Assembly (NCBI GenBank): GCA_028282585.1
Contig: JANQHR010000003.1
Coordinates: 1 to 62,825 of the forward strand
Length of the DNA stretch: 62,825 nucleotides
Origin: Bacteroidales bacterium
Lineage (GTDB): Bacteria > Bacteroidota > Bacteroidia > Bacteroidales > UBA12077
Direction of reading: 5' to 3'
Each line of letters opens with the position of its first letter. The first letter of the stretch is position 1. Below, piece by piece: positions 17,863 through 29,253 of this stretch. Made by a program: the position numbers and the translations under genes. A model generated the notes under the pieces. It was not told where the DNA came from. It saw only the letters and a list, made by a program, of their open reading frames with translations, and ran no database searches.

Positions 17863-19617
17863 ATGACAAAAGGAAAAGTAGCAGGAATTATCGCAAACCT
17901 TGTATTTGTTGAGGTTGATGGACCTGTTCAACAAAACGAAATATGTTACATTAATCTGGGTGAAACCAGGTTAATGGCCGAAGTTATTAAGGTAATCGGT
18001 ACACAAGCATATGTTCAGGTATTTGAGAGTACTCGTGGCCTTAAAGTCGACGATACTGTTGATTTCACGGGTCATATGTTAGAAGTTACTCTTGGGCCCG
18101 GCATTCTTTCTAAGAATTTCGATGGTCTTCAAAACGATCTGGATAAAATGGAAGGTGTTTTTCTTAAACGTGGAGAACATACCAATCCATTAGAAGATGA
18201 TAAAAAATGGGAATTCAAACCAATTGCTAAACCAGGTGATGTTTTAGAAGCTGGTGGCTGGTTAGGCGAAGTTAAAGAAAACTGGATGCCCCATAAAATT
18301 ATGATTCCTTTCAAATTCGATGGTAAGTATACAATCAAAAGTATTGTTGATGAAGGAAATTATACTATAAAAGATACAATTGCAGTAGTTACCGATGAAA
18401 ACGGAAAAGATATTGATTTAACCATGGTTCAAAAATGGCCGGTTAAGTTAGCAGTAAAGGCATATAAAGAAAAACCGCGTCCATTTAAGTTATTGGAAAC
18501 GGGTGTTCGTGTGATAGATACATTAAATCCAATTGCTGAAGGAGGAACAGGTTTTATTCCGGGTCCTTTCGGAACAGGAAAAACAGTACTGCAACACGCT
18601 CTTTCAAAACAAGCTGAAGCAGATATGATTATCGTTGCTGCTTGTGGAGAACGTGCAAATGAGGTTGTAGAAATTTTTACGGAGTTCCCTGAACTGGATG
18701 ACCCGCGTACAGGTCGGAAATTAATGGAACGTACAACGATTATTGCAAATACATCAAACATGCCGGTTGCAGCTCGTGAAGCATCAGTTTATACAGCTAT
18801 GACACTTGCTGAATATTACCGAGCTATGGGATTAAAGATATTATTACTTGCGGACTCAACTTCTCGTTGGGCACAAGCACTTCGTGAGATGTCGAACAGA
18901 ATGGAAGAATTGCCGGGACAGGATGCATTCCCAATGGACTTGCCTGCAATTATTTCTAACTTCTATTCTCGTGCAGGATTTACATACTTAAATAACGGAT
19001 CGACAGGTTCAATTACATTTATTGGAACAGTATCACCTGCAGGTGGTAATTTAAAAGAGCCTGTAACCGAATCAACAAAGAAAGCTGCTCGTTGTTTTTA
19101 TGCACTTTCGCAGCAACGCGCAGATAGTAAAAGGTATCCGGCAATTGATCCATTAGAGTCTTACTCAAAATATGCGGAATATCCTGAATTAGAAGAATAT
19201 TTCAGAGATAGTATTGATCCTGAATGGCCGGAAAAAATTAGACTTGCAAGGGATATCTTAATTAGGAGTAGGGAAGTTGCTGAACAAATTAATATTCTTG
19301 GTGATGATGGTGTTCCAGTTGAATATCATGAAAGATTTTGGAAAGGCGAGGTAATGGATTTCATTATTTGCCAGCAAGATGCTTTCGATAAAGTGGACTG
19401 TTCTGCGCCATTAGAACGTCAAAAATATATGCTAAATTTAGTATTAGACATATATCATACTGATTTCACTTTTGAATCATTTGAAGAAGTATCAACTTAC
19501 TTTAAAAAAGTAATTAATACATTGAAGCAGATGAACTATTCGGTTTACGAATCTGAGAAATATTATGAAAGTGAAAAGGAATTTAATTCATTAATCGAAG
19601 AAAGAAAAACAGCATAA
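17863..19617 (+). CDS. ntpA: V/A-type ATP synthase subunit A
   Basis: P-loop GPFGTGKT, CGERANE, NTSNMPVAAREAS, DSTSRWAQALRE. Alternative start at 17845. Confidence 0.97.
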   Translation: MTKGKVAGIIANLVFVEVDGPVQQNEICYINLGETRLMAEVIKVIGTQAYVQVFESTRGLKVDDTVDFTGHMLEVTLGPGILSKNFDGLQNDLDKMEGVFLKRGEHTNPLEDDKKWEFKPIAKPGDVLEAGGWLGEVKENWMPHKIMIPFKFDGKYTIKSIVDEGNYTIKDTIAVVTDENGKDIDLTMVQKWPVKLAVKAYKEKPRPFKLLETGVRVIDTLNPIAEGGTGFIPGPFGTGKTVLQHALSKQAEADMIIVAACGERANEVVEIFTEFPELDDPRTGRKLMERTTIIANTSNMPVAAREASVYTAMTLAEYYRAMGLKILLLADSTSRWAQALREMSNRMEELPGQDAFPMDLPAIISNFYSRAGFTYLNNGSTGSITFIGTVSPAGGNLKEPVTESTKKAARCFYALSQQRADSKRYPAIDPLESYSKYAEYPELEEYFRDSIDPEWPEKIRLARDILIRSREVAEQINILGDDGVPVEYHERFWKGEVMDFIICQQDAFDKVDCSAPLERQKYMLNLVLDIYHTDFTFESFEEVSTYFKKVINTLKQMNYSVYESEKYYESEKEFNSLIEERKTA

Positions 19618-20942
19618 TGGAAACAAAAGCATTTCAAAAAATCTATACAAAGATCACCCAGATTACAAAGGCTACTTGTTCTCTTAAGGCAACTGGTGTT
19701 GGTTACGAGGAAATGGCAATTGTTAACGGCCGATTAGCTCAGGTTGTTAAAATTATGGGTGATGAGGTAACACTTCAGATTTTCTCTGGAACAGAAGGTG
19801 TTCCAACGAATGCTGAGGTAGTTTTCTTAGGTCGCCCTCCGGTTTTAAAAGTGAGCGACGAATTATCAGGACGTTTCTTTAATGCTTATGGTGAACCAAT
19901 CGATGGTGGACCAGAAATCGAAGGTGAAGAACGTCAGATTGGAGGTCCTTCTGTGAATCCGGTTCGAAGAAAACAACCATCAGAATTTATCCCAACGGGT
20001 ATTGCTGGTATCGACTTAAATAATGCTTTGGTAACGGGTCAGAAGATTCCTTTCTTTGCTGATCCCGACCAGCCTTTCAACCAAGTAATGGCTAATGTAG
20101 CACTTCGTGCTGATGCCGATAAGATTATTCTGGGAGGAATGGGATTAACAAACGATGATTATCTATATTATAAGAGTGTTTTTGACAACGCAGGTGCCTT
20201 AGATCGTATCATCAGTTTTGTAAATACTACAGAGAATCCTCCGGTAGAGCGTATTCTTGTACCAGATATGGCATTAACTGCTGCCGAATATTTCGCAGTT
20301 GATAAAAAGCAAAAAGTACTTGTACTTTTAACAGATATGACACTTTATGCTGATGCTTTAAGTATTGTGTCCAATCGTATGGATCAGATTCCATCGAAAG
20401 ATAGTATGCCAGGTTCTTTATATAGTGATTTAGCTAAAATTTATGAGAAGGCAGTACAATTTCCTGATGGAGGTTCAATTACTATTATTGCAGTAACAAC
20501 TTTATCCGGTGGAGATATTACGCATGCAATTCCGGATAATACAGGTTATATTACAGAGGGTCAGTTATTCTTACGTAAAGATACTGATATAGGAAAAGTA
20601 ATTGTTGATCCGTTCCGAAGTTTATCGCGTTTGAAGCAGTTAGTAATTGGCAAGAAAACGCGTGGAGACCATCCTCAAGTTATGAATGCGGCAGTCCGTT
20701 TATATGCCGATGCTGCTAACGCAAAAACAAAATTGGAAAATGGTTTCGACTTGACTGATTATGATGAACGTGCGTTACGATTCGCAAAAGACTATTCTGA
20801 CAAACTATTGGCTATTGACGTAAATATCAAAGTTGATCAGATGTTATCTACCAGTTGGAATTTATTTGCTGAGCATTTTGAACCAGCTGAGGTAGGTATT
20901 AAGCAGGAATTTGTGGATCAGTATTGGCCAAAGAACAATTAA
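19617..20942 (+). CDS. ntpB: V/A-type ATP synthase subunit B
   Basis: TGIAGID, GQKIPFF, PDNTGYITEGQ, SLSRL. Confidence 0.97.
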   Translation: METKAFQKIYTKITQITKATCSLKATGVGYEEMAIVNGRLAQVVKIMGDEVTLQIFSGTEGVPTNAEVVFLGRPPVLKVSDELSGRFFNAYGEPIDGGPEIEGEERQIGGPSVNPVRRKQPSEFIPTGIAGIDLNNALVTGQKIPFFADPDQPFNQVMANVALRADADKIILGGMGLTNDDYLYYKSVFDNAGALDRIISFVNTTENPPVERILVPDMALTAAEYFAVDKKQKVLVLLTDMTLYADALSIVSNRMDQIPSKDSMPGSLYSDLAKIYEKAVQFPDGGSITIIAVTTLSGGDITHAIPDNTGYITEGQLFLRKDTDIGKVIVDPFRSLSRLKQLVIGKKTRGDHPQVMNAAVRLYADAANAKTKLENGFDLTDYDERALRFAKDYSDKLLAIDVNIKVDQMLSTSWNLFAEHFEPAEVGIKQEFVDQYWPKNN

Positions 20943-20954
20943 TTTCAGGTTACG

Positions 20955-21008
20955 AATTCCAAATTCCAAAATTATGAACCTGGAATCTAAAATCTGAAAT
21001 CTGAAATT
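20955..21008 (+). repeat. Short heptamer tandem repeats in the B-D spacer
   Basis: attccaa-attccaa and aatctaa-aatctga-aatctga-aat. Confidence 0.55.
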
Positions 21009-21016
21009 TTAAAATT

Positions 21017-21616
21017 ATGGCAATAAAATTCCAATATAATAAAACAGCATTACAGCAATTAAACAAGCAGCTTAAGATTCGTTTAAGAGCTTTACCTACT
21101 CTTCAGAGTAAAGAAGCAGCCCTTAGAATGGAAGTTAAACGAGCTAAAGATCAATCGGATGAATTACTTCACAAGTTGGAAACTCGCATGAAAGAATATG
21201 AAGCAATGGTTCGATTATGGGGAGAGTTTGAGGAAGATTTAATTACTGTAAGCGACGTTAAAATGAGCGTTAAGAAGATTGCTGGTGTTAAAACTCCGGT
21301 TTTAGACGATGTAATTTTCAAAATCAAGGAATTTAGCCTTTTCAATAAACCAAGTTGGTTTTTAAGTGGAGTTCAAATTGTTGAATCTCTCGTAAAAATC
21401 TCTATTGAAAGCGAATTTTTCTTAAGAAAAATGGAATTATTGGATTTTGCGCGAAAGAAAACTACACAAAAAGTGAATCTTTACGAAAAGGTACAAATCC
21501 CGGGATACGAAGAAGCGATCTCAAAAGTAAAACGATTCTTGGAGGATGAAGAAAATCTTTCTAAATCATCTCAAAAAATCGTTAAGAAACGTCAACAAAA
21601 TAAGGAGGCTGCATAA
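21017..21616 (+). CDS. ntpD: V/A-type ATP synthase subunit D
   Basis: MAIKFQYNKT, LPTLQSKE, KTTQKVNLYEKVQIP. Confidence 0.95.
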   Translation: MAIKFQYNKTALQQLNKQLKIRLRALPTLQSKEAALRMEVKRAKDQSDELLHKLETRMKEYEAMVRLWGEFEEDLITVSDVKMSVKKIAGVKTPVLDDVIFKIKEFSLFNKPSWFLSGVQIVESLVKISIESEFFLRKMELLDFARKKTTQKVNLYEKVQIPGYEEAISKVKRFLEDEENLSKSSQKIVKKRQQNKEAA

Positions 21617-23601
21617 TGATAACTCCAATGATGAAATATTCTTTCTTGATCTATCATAAGGAGTATATTACTTTTCTTGAAAAACTTCAAGGACTGGGAG
21701 TGCTTCATATCATAGAAAAAAAGAAGGAAATAGATGAAAATATCAAATCCTCTTTGCATCAAATCAGTGAAATCAATAAGTCATTGAAATTTCTTAGTAA
21801 AAGAAATCAGGACGAAGTTCCTGCAAAAGCTGAAATGGATGGTTTGGAAATTGTAGAATCTATCAAAAACCTCACGGATGAAATAAATGTAATTGAACAA
21901 GAGCAACTTTCTTTGAATAAGGATATTCAAAAAGTTCAACCTTGGGGTGATTTTGATCCGGAATTAAAAGAAAAATTTGCAAAACAACATATTTACTTAA
22001 GATTCTTTGTTTGTAGCGAGAAAAAGTATAATCCAGAGTGGAAAACAAAATTTCCGATAGAGATTGTAAACATTCATGAAGGGCATGTTTATATTTTAGC
22101 AATTCAGCATGGCGCTAATCCAATTGATATTGATGCTGAAGAAGTAAAGCTACCCGAGGAAAGATTATCTGTGCTGCTAACAAAAGATCAAACAAATAAA
22201 GATCGTTTAGAGGAAATCGAAAAAACATTTGATGAGTATGCTATTAAATCTCAGGATATACTTAAAGAAACTCGTCAAAAGTTACAAGAAAAAACCGATT
22301 TTGATTTAGCAATTAACCATACAGAGAAGCAAGCAGAAGAGAAAGTAATGCTTTTAGAAGGTTGGATACCAACCGAACAAAAAAAAGAGCTTGAAAAAAT
22401 GCTTGATGAACGAAATGTATATTATGTTTCTTCGCAACCAAATAAAGAAGATAATGTTCCAATTAAGTTAAAGAATAATAAATATTCTAGATTATTCGAA
22501 CCAATCGGTGATTTATTTTCATTACCAGATTACAAAGAAATGGATTTAACTCCTTTTTTTGCTCCTTTCTTTATGTTATTCTTTGGTTTTTGTGTTGGAG
22601 ACGCAGGGTACGGCTTGATATTTTTGATAGGAGCTTCAATTTTTAAAAGAAAAGCTTCAAAGGATATGAAACAAATTCTATCCTTAGGACAATATTTAGG
22701 AATAGCAACTATAGTTCTGGGTGCTGTATCTGGAACATTTTTCGGAATTAATTTGATAGATACAGGGTATATATTAAACGAAGTGGCAATTGCTAATTTA
22801 TCGAGCGTTTTACCTTCAGAAGTATTAGCTAATATCCAAAACATTTCTGGAGAACATTTTGCTACGAAAGATGAATATGTTAAAGCATTAGTTTCTGCTG
22901 CTGGAGAAAGTAATTACACTTTATATAAAACCGACCTCCTTAAGAATGCAATTAGCGATTTTAATTTCCTTAATAAGTTTAGGTATCTTTTATTAGATGC
23001 TAATGCAATGTTTAATTTTGCGCTTGTTTTAGGTATTATACAAATTATTTTTGGAATATGTGTTAGAGCTGCTAATAAAATAAAACAATTTGGGTTTTTA
23101 CATGGATTATCAAGTATAGGTTGGGCCATGTTATTTATTACTTTAATTGTGTTTATGGGTGGTAATAGCATGGGTTATTTGAACCTTGAAGAACTAAAAT
23201 TGATTTTCTATATATTAATGGGATTAAGCCTTGTATTTATTATATTCTTTAATAATCCATCTGCAAGTATATTTGCGAGTTTTGGTGGTGGATTATATGA
23301 TATATATGGAACTGCTACGGGAGTATTTGGAGATTTACTATCTTATATTCGTTTATTTGCATTAGGAATTTCAAGTGCGATTTTAGGACTTGTATTTAAC
23401 CAAATTGCAGCTAATTTTTTAAGTATTAAATATATTGGTTGGTTACCATTTGTAATACTTTTATTGTTTGGGCATGGAATTAATATTTTCCTTGCTTCTT
23501 TAGGTGCATTTATTCACCCTATGCGTTTAACATTTGTAGAATTTTATAAAAATGCCGGTTTCGTAGGAGGCGGCAAAAGGTATAAACCTTTTTCAAAATA
23601 A
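21616..23601 (+). CDS. ntpI: V/A-type ATP synthase subunit I (a)
   Basis: LEGWIP, GDAGYG, DLLSYIRLFAL (essential Arg), HPMRLTFVEF. Confidence 0.96.
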   Translation: MITPMMKYSFLIYHKEYITFLEKLQGLGVLHIIEKKKEIDENIKSSLHQISEINKSLKFLSKRNQDEVPAKAEMDGLEIVESIKNLTDEINVIEQEQLSLNKDIQKVQPWGDFDPELKEKFAKQHIYLRFFVCSEKKYNPEWKTKFPIEIVNIHEGHVYILAIQHGANPIDIDAEEVKLPEERLSVLLTKDQTNKDRLEEIEKTFDEYAIKSQDILKETRQKLQEKTDFDLAINHTEKQAEEKVMLLEGWIPTEQKKELEKMLDERNVYYVSSQPNKEDNVPIKLKNNKYSRLFEPIGDLFSLPDYKEMDLTPFFAPFFMLFFGFCVGDAGYGLIFLIGASIFKRKASKDMKQILSLGQYLGIATIVLGAVSGTFFGINLIDTGYILNEVAIANLSSVLPSEVLANIQNISGEHFATKDEYVKALVSAAGESNYTLYKTDLLKNAISDFNFLNKFRYLLLDANAMFNFALVLGIIQIIFGICVRAANKIKQFGFLHGLSSIGWAMLFITLIVFMGGNSMGYLNLEELKLIFYILMGLSLVFIIFFNNPSASIFASFGGGLYDIYGTATGVFGDLLSYIRLFALGISSAILGLVFNQIAANFLSIKYIGWLPFVILLLFGHGINIFLASLGAFIHPMRLTFVEFYKNAGFVGGGKRYKPFSK

Positions 23602-23613
23602 AATAATTAATAA

Positions 23614-24090
<477 letters not shown>

Positions 24091-24116
24091 AAACAATAAA
24101 TAATTTATTTCGTAAC

Positions 24117-24152
24117 AAAGGACAGTGCAAATCGGATTGCACTGTCTTTTTT
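24117..24152 (+). terminator. Intrinsic terminator ending the V-type operon
   Basis: gacagtgcaa-atcgga-ttgcactgtc followed by tttttt. Confidence 0.85.
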
Positions 24153-24217
24153 ATATTTCAATGAACAATTTTGCTTTTTATTCCTTAAATTTGTTATAAT
24201 TACTCAAAGGCTTTATT

Positions 24218-25315
24218 ATGCAGAAACTCCTTTTATACATTTCAATTGCTTTACTGCTATTTATATTGTTTCAGGAAAAAGTAATTGCAAGCCCGGAGGA
24301 ACCATATCATAAAGAGGAGCATACCGATCATCACGAAGAAAAAGGATTTAATCCCGGTACATTTATTTTTGAACATATTCAGGATGGATATGGATGGCAT
24401 GTTTTTACGTACAAGGGTCATCATTATTCAGTTCCACTTCCGGTGATTTTATATAGTAGAAATCAAGGCTTGGTAACTTTCTGGTCAAGTAAACTTGGAC
24501 ATGGACATTCATATAAAAATTTTGAAATAGCGCACGATGGACAACATAAAAACAAGATTATTGAAGTTAATGATCAGGGAGAATTTCTTGAACGACCATT
24601 TGATATTTCAATTACAAAAAATGTTGTAGCTATTTGGTTCAGTTGTGCATTACTGATTTTAATATTTATTTCAGTTGCTAAGACATATAAAAGAAGAGAG
24701 GGTTTACCTCCAAAGGGGATTCAATCTTTATTAGAACCACTTATTTTATTTATTCGTGACGATATCGCCAAAAACAGTATCGGAGAACATAGTTACGAAA
24801 AGTATACACCGTTCTTATTAACCATTTTCTTTTTTATACTATTAAATAATTTATTAGGATTGGTACCTATTTTACCTGGAGGAGCTAACGTAACAGGCAA
24901 TATTACGGTGACCATGGCTCTTGCCTTAGCTACTTTTTTTACAACAAACTTAACCGGAAATAAAAACTATTGGAAACATATATTTAATTCACCGGGTGTT
25001 CCCTGGTGGTTAAAGCTACCCGTGCCGTTAATACCGTTTATTGAATTAATGGGTGTAATAATTAAGCCTTTTGTATTAATGATTCGTTTATTTGCAAATA
25101 TTTCCGCTGGTCATATCATTGTATTAGGCTTTTTTAGTTTAATTTTTATTTTCGGAAGTATGGATGCAAAGTTGGGCTATGCGGTATCACCGGTTTCAAT
25201 TGCATTTACAATTTTTATGACAATGCTTGAATTGTTGGTTGCATTTATACAAGCTTATGTGTTTACAATATTATCAGCCATTTATTTTGGAATGGCATCA
25301 GAATCAGATCATTAA
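24218..25315 (+). CDS. atpB: F0F1 ATP synthase subunit a
   Basis: KPFVLMIRLFANISAGH and LELLVAFIQAYVF; Bacteroidota-type signal peptide and His-rich extension. Confidence 0.97.
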   Translation: MQKLLLYISIALLLFILFQEKVIASPEEPYHKEEHTDHHEEKGFNPGTFIFEHIQDGYGWHVFTYKGHHYSVPLPVILYSRNQGLVTFWSSKLGHGHSYKNFEIAHDGQHKNKIIEVNDQGEFLERPFDISITKNVVAIWFSCALLILIFISVAKTYKRREGLPPKGIQSLLEPLILFIRDDIAKNSIGEHSYEKYTPFLLTIFFFILLNNLLGLVPILPGGANVTGNITVTMALALATFFTTNLTGNKNYWKHIFNSPGVPWWLKLPVPLIPFIELMGVIIKPFVLMIRLFANISAGHIIVLGFFSLIFIFGSMDAKLGYAVSPVSIAFTIFMTMLELLVAFIQAYVFTILSAIYFGMASESDH

Positions 25316-25346
25316 ATAACCATATATTCACTTTAAAATTAACACT

Positions 25347-25604
25347 ATGTTTACACTAGGTACAATTTTATTGGTAATTGAAAGCATAGCAATTTCACAT
25401 GCTGCTGCCGGATTTGGCGCTGCACTTGCTGCATTCGCTGCAGCAATGGGTATCGGTAAAATCGGTATATCAGCTATGGAATCTATTGCTCGCCAACCTG
25501 AAGCTGCAGGCGATATCAGATCAAACATGATCGTTGCTGCCGCACTGATTGAAGGTGTTGCTTTCTTTGCCATTGTGGTATGTTTCCTTATCTTATTTGT
25601 TTAG
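25347..25604 (+). CDS. atpE: F0F1 ATP synthase subunit c
   Basis: IARQPE loop and LIEGV. Confidence 0.97.
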   Translation: MFTLGTILLVIESIAISHAAAGFGAALAAFAAAMGIGKIGISAMESIARQPEAAGDIRSNMIVAAALIEGVAFFAIVVCFLILFV

Positions 25605-25611
25605 GGATTTT

Positions 25612-25650
25612 ACTTTACAGGACAGCGGTTGGCTGCCTGTAAAGTTTTAA
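25612..25650 (+). terminator. Hairpin after atpE (stabiliser or attenuator)
   Basis: actttacagg-a-cagc-ggttg-gctg-cctgtaaagt then ttt. Confidence 0.6.
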
Positions 25651-25666
25651 TTTAAAATTGTGTATT

Positions 25667-26161
25667 ATGGAAATTATAAAACCAGATCTTGGACTTTTAA
25701 TTTGGATGTTAATATCCTTTGGTGTTGTTCTTTACGTACTAATTAAATTTGCCTGGAGACCAATTTTAGCTGCATTAAAATATCGTGAAAGATCCATTCA
25801 AAAGAGTTTGGAAGCAGCACGACAGGCTAAAGAAGAAATGGCTAAAATCGAGTTTGGAAATGAAAAAATTACTCAATTAGCTAAGATTGAAAGAGAGAAT
25901 CTTTTAAAAGAAGCAAAAGAACTAAAGAATAATATTATTGAGGAGGCAAAAGAAACAGCTAAAAATGAAGCAAAGAAGATTATAGAAGAGGCAAGGCAAA
26001 GTGTAGAACACGAAAAGAACCTGGTAATAAACGAGATTAAAAATCAGATTGCAACGTTATCAGTTGATATTGCGGAAAGAATACTGAAACAGAATTTGGG
26101 AGATGAATCAACACAAAAGAAATTAATTGATGATCTTGTAAAAGAGATAGATTTGAATTAG
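25667..26161 (+). CDS. atpF: F0F1 ATP synthase subunit b
   Basis: PDLGLLIW, KFAWRPI..L..RE, long coiled coil. Confidence 0.96.
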   Translation: MEIIKPDLGLLIWMLISFGVVLYVLIKFAWRPILAALKYRERSIQKSLEAARQAKEEMAKIEFGNEKITQLAKIERENLLKEAKELKNNIIEEAKETAKNEAKKIIEEARQSVEHEKNLVINEIKNQIATLSVDIAERILKQNLGDESTQKKLIDDLVKEIDLN

Positions 26162-26168
26162 ATTAATT

Positions 26169-26732
26169 ATGCATCAGAGCCATATTAATATCAGGTATGC
26201 CAAATCGCTTTATCTTTTAGCTGAAGAAAAAAATCAACTCAATTTGATAAAGCGGGATATAGATACAATACTTCAGTGGCACGAAGAAAATGAAGATGTT
26301 AATGTTCTGTTAGAACACCCACTAATAAAAGCATCAAAAAAGGCTGAGATTTTAACCAAAATATTTAAAGATAAAGTAACGGAATATACTTTATCATTTT
26401 TAAGTATAATTGTTAAAAATAAGCGTGAAAACCACCTAAAAAATATATGCAGTAATTTCATTTCAATATATAAAAAAAGTAAAGGAATAAAAACTGCAGT
26501 TTTAACAACATCATTTGATTTGACAAGAACTCATAAGGAAAAAATTAAAAAATCTATAGAACAAACATTTAAATCTCCAGTTGAGTTAAACGCTAAAGTT
26601 GATGAATCAATTATAGGAGGCTTGATAATTCAGGTTGATGACAAACAATTGGATTTAAGTGTTTCAAGACAAATTCAGGAATTACGAAATCAATTTGTAA
26701 GTATTGATTTTAATAATAAAAAGAAAAAATAA
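26169..26732 (+). CDS. atpH: F0F1 ATP synthase subunit delta
   Basis: RYAKSL and [14 protein letters not shown]. Confidence 0.95.
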   Translation: MHQSHINIRYAKSLYLLAEEKNQLNLIKRDIDTILQWHEENEDVNVLLEHPLIKASKKAEILTKIFKDKVTEYTLSFLSIIVKNKRENHLKNICSNFISIYKKSKGIKTAVLTTSFDLTRTHKEKIKKSIEQTFKSPVELNAKVDESIIGGLIIQVDDKQLDLSVSRQIQELRNQFVSIDFNNKKKK

Positions 26733-26734
26733 AA

Positions 26735-26769
26735 CCTGTCTGCTATACCGATAACTATCGGGAGGCAGG
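26735..26769. repeat. Palindromic element between atpH and atpA
   Basis: cctgtct...ccgata-ac-tatcgg...aggcagg nested inverted repeat. Confidence 0.5.
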
Positions 26770-26785
26770 CATTAAAATATTAACT

Positions 26786-28369
26786 ATGGCAGGAATTAAA
26801 CCCGGAGAAGTCTCATCAATATTAAAAAAAGAATTAGAAGGCTTTATTACGAATTCCGAACTCGAAGAAGTAGGTAGTGTTTTACAGGTAGGTGATGGTA
26901 TAGCCAGAATTTATGGCTTATCCAATGTTCAATCTAATGAGTTGATTGAATTTGAAAGTGGAATGAAAGGAATCGTTCTCAACCTTGAGGAGGATAATGT
27001 AGGTGCTGTTCTTTTAGGTTCTTCAGAAGAAGTTAAAGAAGGTGATCAGGTTAAAAGAACAAAAAGAATTGCTTCGATTAGAGTTGGGGAAGGTTTGTTA
27101 GGAAGAGTAATTAATACGATAGGTGAGCCTATAGACGGTAAAGGGCCAACTCAAGGTGAACTTTTTGAAATGCCTCTGGAACGAAAAGCTCCGGGAGTTA
27201 TTTATCGTCAGCCTGTAAATGAGCCAATTCAGACCGGATTGAAACCAATTGATGCTATGATTCCAATTGGGCGTGGACAGCGCGAGTTAATCATTGGTGA
27301 CCGCCAGACAGGAAAAACTGCTATAGCGATTGATACAATCATTAATCAAAAAGAATTTTTCGATAAGGGCGAACCTGTATATTGTATATACGTGGCAGTT
27401 GGACAGAAAGGATCTACTGTTGCAAATATTGCTGATACATTAGAAAAGCATGGAGCAATGGCTTATACAACTATTGTATCAGCAACAGCATCGGACCCTG
27501 CTGCATTACAATTTTTTGCTCCATTTGCTGGCGCTTGTATAGGCGAGTATTTTAGAGATACAGGACGCCCGGCATTAATTATTTATGACGATTTATCAAA
27601 ACAAGCAGTTGCATATAGAGAAGTTTCGCTATTATTACGCCGTCCTCCGGGACGCGAAGCTTATCCTGGCGATGTATTTTATTTGCATTCAAGATTATTA
27701 GAACGGGCCGCAAAAATTATTCAATCTGACGAAATTGCTGCCCAAATGAATGACTTACCGGAATCGCTTAAAGGAAAGGTAAAAGGAGGAGGCTCTTTAA
27801 CCGCTCTTCCAATAATTGAAACTCAAGCCGGTGATGTTTCTGCCTATATTCCAACCAATGTAATTTCAATTACTGATGGCCAGATATTTCTGGAATCAGA
27901 TTTATTTAATTCAGGTGTGAAACCGGCAATTAATGTTGGTATTTCGGTATCTCGCGTAGGAGGTAATGCACAGATTAAATCAATGAAAAAAGTTGCCGGA
28001 ACATTAAAACTGGACCAGGCACAGTATCGTGAGCTGGAAGCATTTGCTAAATTTGGCTCTGACTTAGATGCAGCTACAATGGCCGTTCTGGATAAAGGAG
28101 CAAAGAATGTTGAAATTCTTAAGCAAGGTCAGTATAAACCAATGCCTGTTGAAAGACAAATTGCAATTATATATTGTGGAACGAAAGGCTTATTAGGTGA
28201 TGTTCCTGTGGACAAAGTAAAAGAATTTGAAGAGGATTTTCTTACAATGTTGGAAACCCAGCACCAGAAAGTATTTGATGTTTTAAAATCAGGCCAATTA
28301 ACTGATGAGGTAACAAAAACTTTAGAAACAGTAGCAAAAGAAGTAGCACTAAAATATAAAGTCGAATAA
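26786..28369 (+). CDS. atpA: F0F1 ATP synthase subunit alpha
   Basis: [39 protein letters not shown]. Confidence 0.99.
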   Translation: MAGIKPGEVSSILKKELEGFITNSELEEVGSVLQVGDGIARIYGLSNVQSNELIEFESGMKGIVLNLEEDNVGAVLLGSSEEVKEGDQVKRTKRIASIRVGEGLLGRVINTIGEPIDGKGPTQGELFEMPLERKAPGVIYRQPVNEPIQTGLKPIDAMIPIGRGQRELIIGDRQTGKTAIAIDTIINQKEFFDKGEPVYCIYVAVGQKGSTVANIADTLEKHGAMAYTTIVSATASDPAALQFFAPFAGACIGEYFRDTGRPALIIYDDLSKQAVAYREVSLLLRRPPGREAYPGDVFYLHSRLLERAAKIIQSDEIAAQMNDLPESLKGKVKGGGSLTALPIIETQAGDVSAYIPTNVISITDGQIFLESDLFNSGVKPAINVGISVSRVGGNAQIKSMKKVAGTLKLDQAQYRELEAFAKFGSDLDAATMAVLDKGAKNVEILKQGQYKPMPVERQIAIIYCGTKGLLGDVPVDKVKEFEEDFLTMLETQHQKVFDVLKSGQLTDEVTKTLETVAKEVALKYKVE

Positions 28370-28372
28370 TAG

Positions 28373-29251
28373 ATGGCAAATTTAAAGGAAATACGCACTC
28401 GAATTGCTTCAGTTAAATCAACTAAGCAAATTACAAGTGCGATGAAGATGGTTTCTGCAGCTAAGTTAAAACGAACTCAAGATGCAGTAATTAATCTAAG
28501 ACCTTATGCCGGTAAATTACATCAGATTTTATTTAATATTAATAAAAATATAGAGGTAGAAGAAGAAAATATTTATTCAAGAAAGGGGATACATGAAAAG
28601 ATTTTAATAGTTTCCATAACATCGAATAAAGGTTTATGCGGAGCTTTTAATGCAAACGTAGTTAAACAGGTTACTAAACTTGTTGAGGAGGATTATATCG
28701 GGGAATATAAAGAGGGAAACGTTGCTATTTTTTCAATCGGTAAAAATGGATCAGAATCATATAAATCAAAAGGATTTGAACCTGTTTTTGTAAATAATGA
28801 CATTCTGGATAATCTTACTTTTAACAATGCTGTTCCTTTAATTGAGGATATTATGCAGAGCTATGCCGAAGGTAGTTACGATAAGGTATTACTGGTTTAT
28901 AATCGCTTTAAGAATGCAGCGGTTCAAATATTAACAACAGACCAATATTTGCCGATTGAATTACCTCAAGATGTAGAAACGGGCGATAAATTTGATTATA
29001 TTTTTGAACCTACAAAAGAATACATTGTAAAGGAATTAATACCAAAATCGTTAAAAATACAATTTTATGAAGCAATGCTTGAGTCTCTGGCAGCAGAGCA
29101 CGGCGCCCGAATGACAGCCATGCATAAAGCTACTGATAATGCTACGGGATTAATTAAGGAGCTTCAGTTACACTATAATAAGGCAAGGCAAGCTGCAATT
29201 ACCAACGAGATACTTGAAATTGTTAGTGGTGCCGAAGCTCTTAGTAAATAG
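28373..29251 (+). CDS. atpG: F0F1 ATP synthase subunit gamma
   Basis: ITSAMKMVSAAK, KGLCGAFN, NKARQAAITNEI. Confidence 0.99.
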   Translation: MANLKEIRTRIASVKSTKQITSAMKMVSAAKLKRTQDAVINLRPYAGKLHQILFNINKNIEVEEENIYSRKGIHEKILIVSITSNKGLCGAFNANVVKQVTKLVEEDYIGEYKEGNVAIFSIGKNGSESYKSKGFEPVFVNNDILDNLTFNNAVPLIEDIMQSYAEGSYDKVLLVYNRFKNAAVQILTTDQYLPIELPQDVETGDKFDYIFEPTKEYIVKELIPKSLKIQFYEAMLESLAAEHGARMTAMHKATDNATGLIKELQLHYNKARQAAITNEILEIVSGAEALSK

Positions 29252-29253
29252 GT

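Noticed and set aside
24218-29251. atpD/atpC absent and His-rich extended AtpB; possible N-ATPase
   Set aside because: A split operon and extended subunit a are common in Bacteroidota; presence of atpH and this gene order argue against an N-ATPase.
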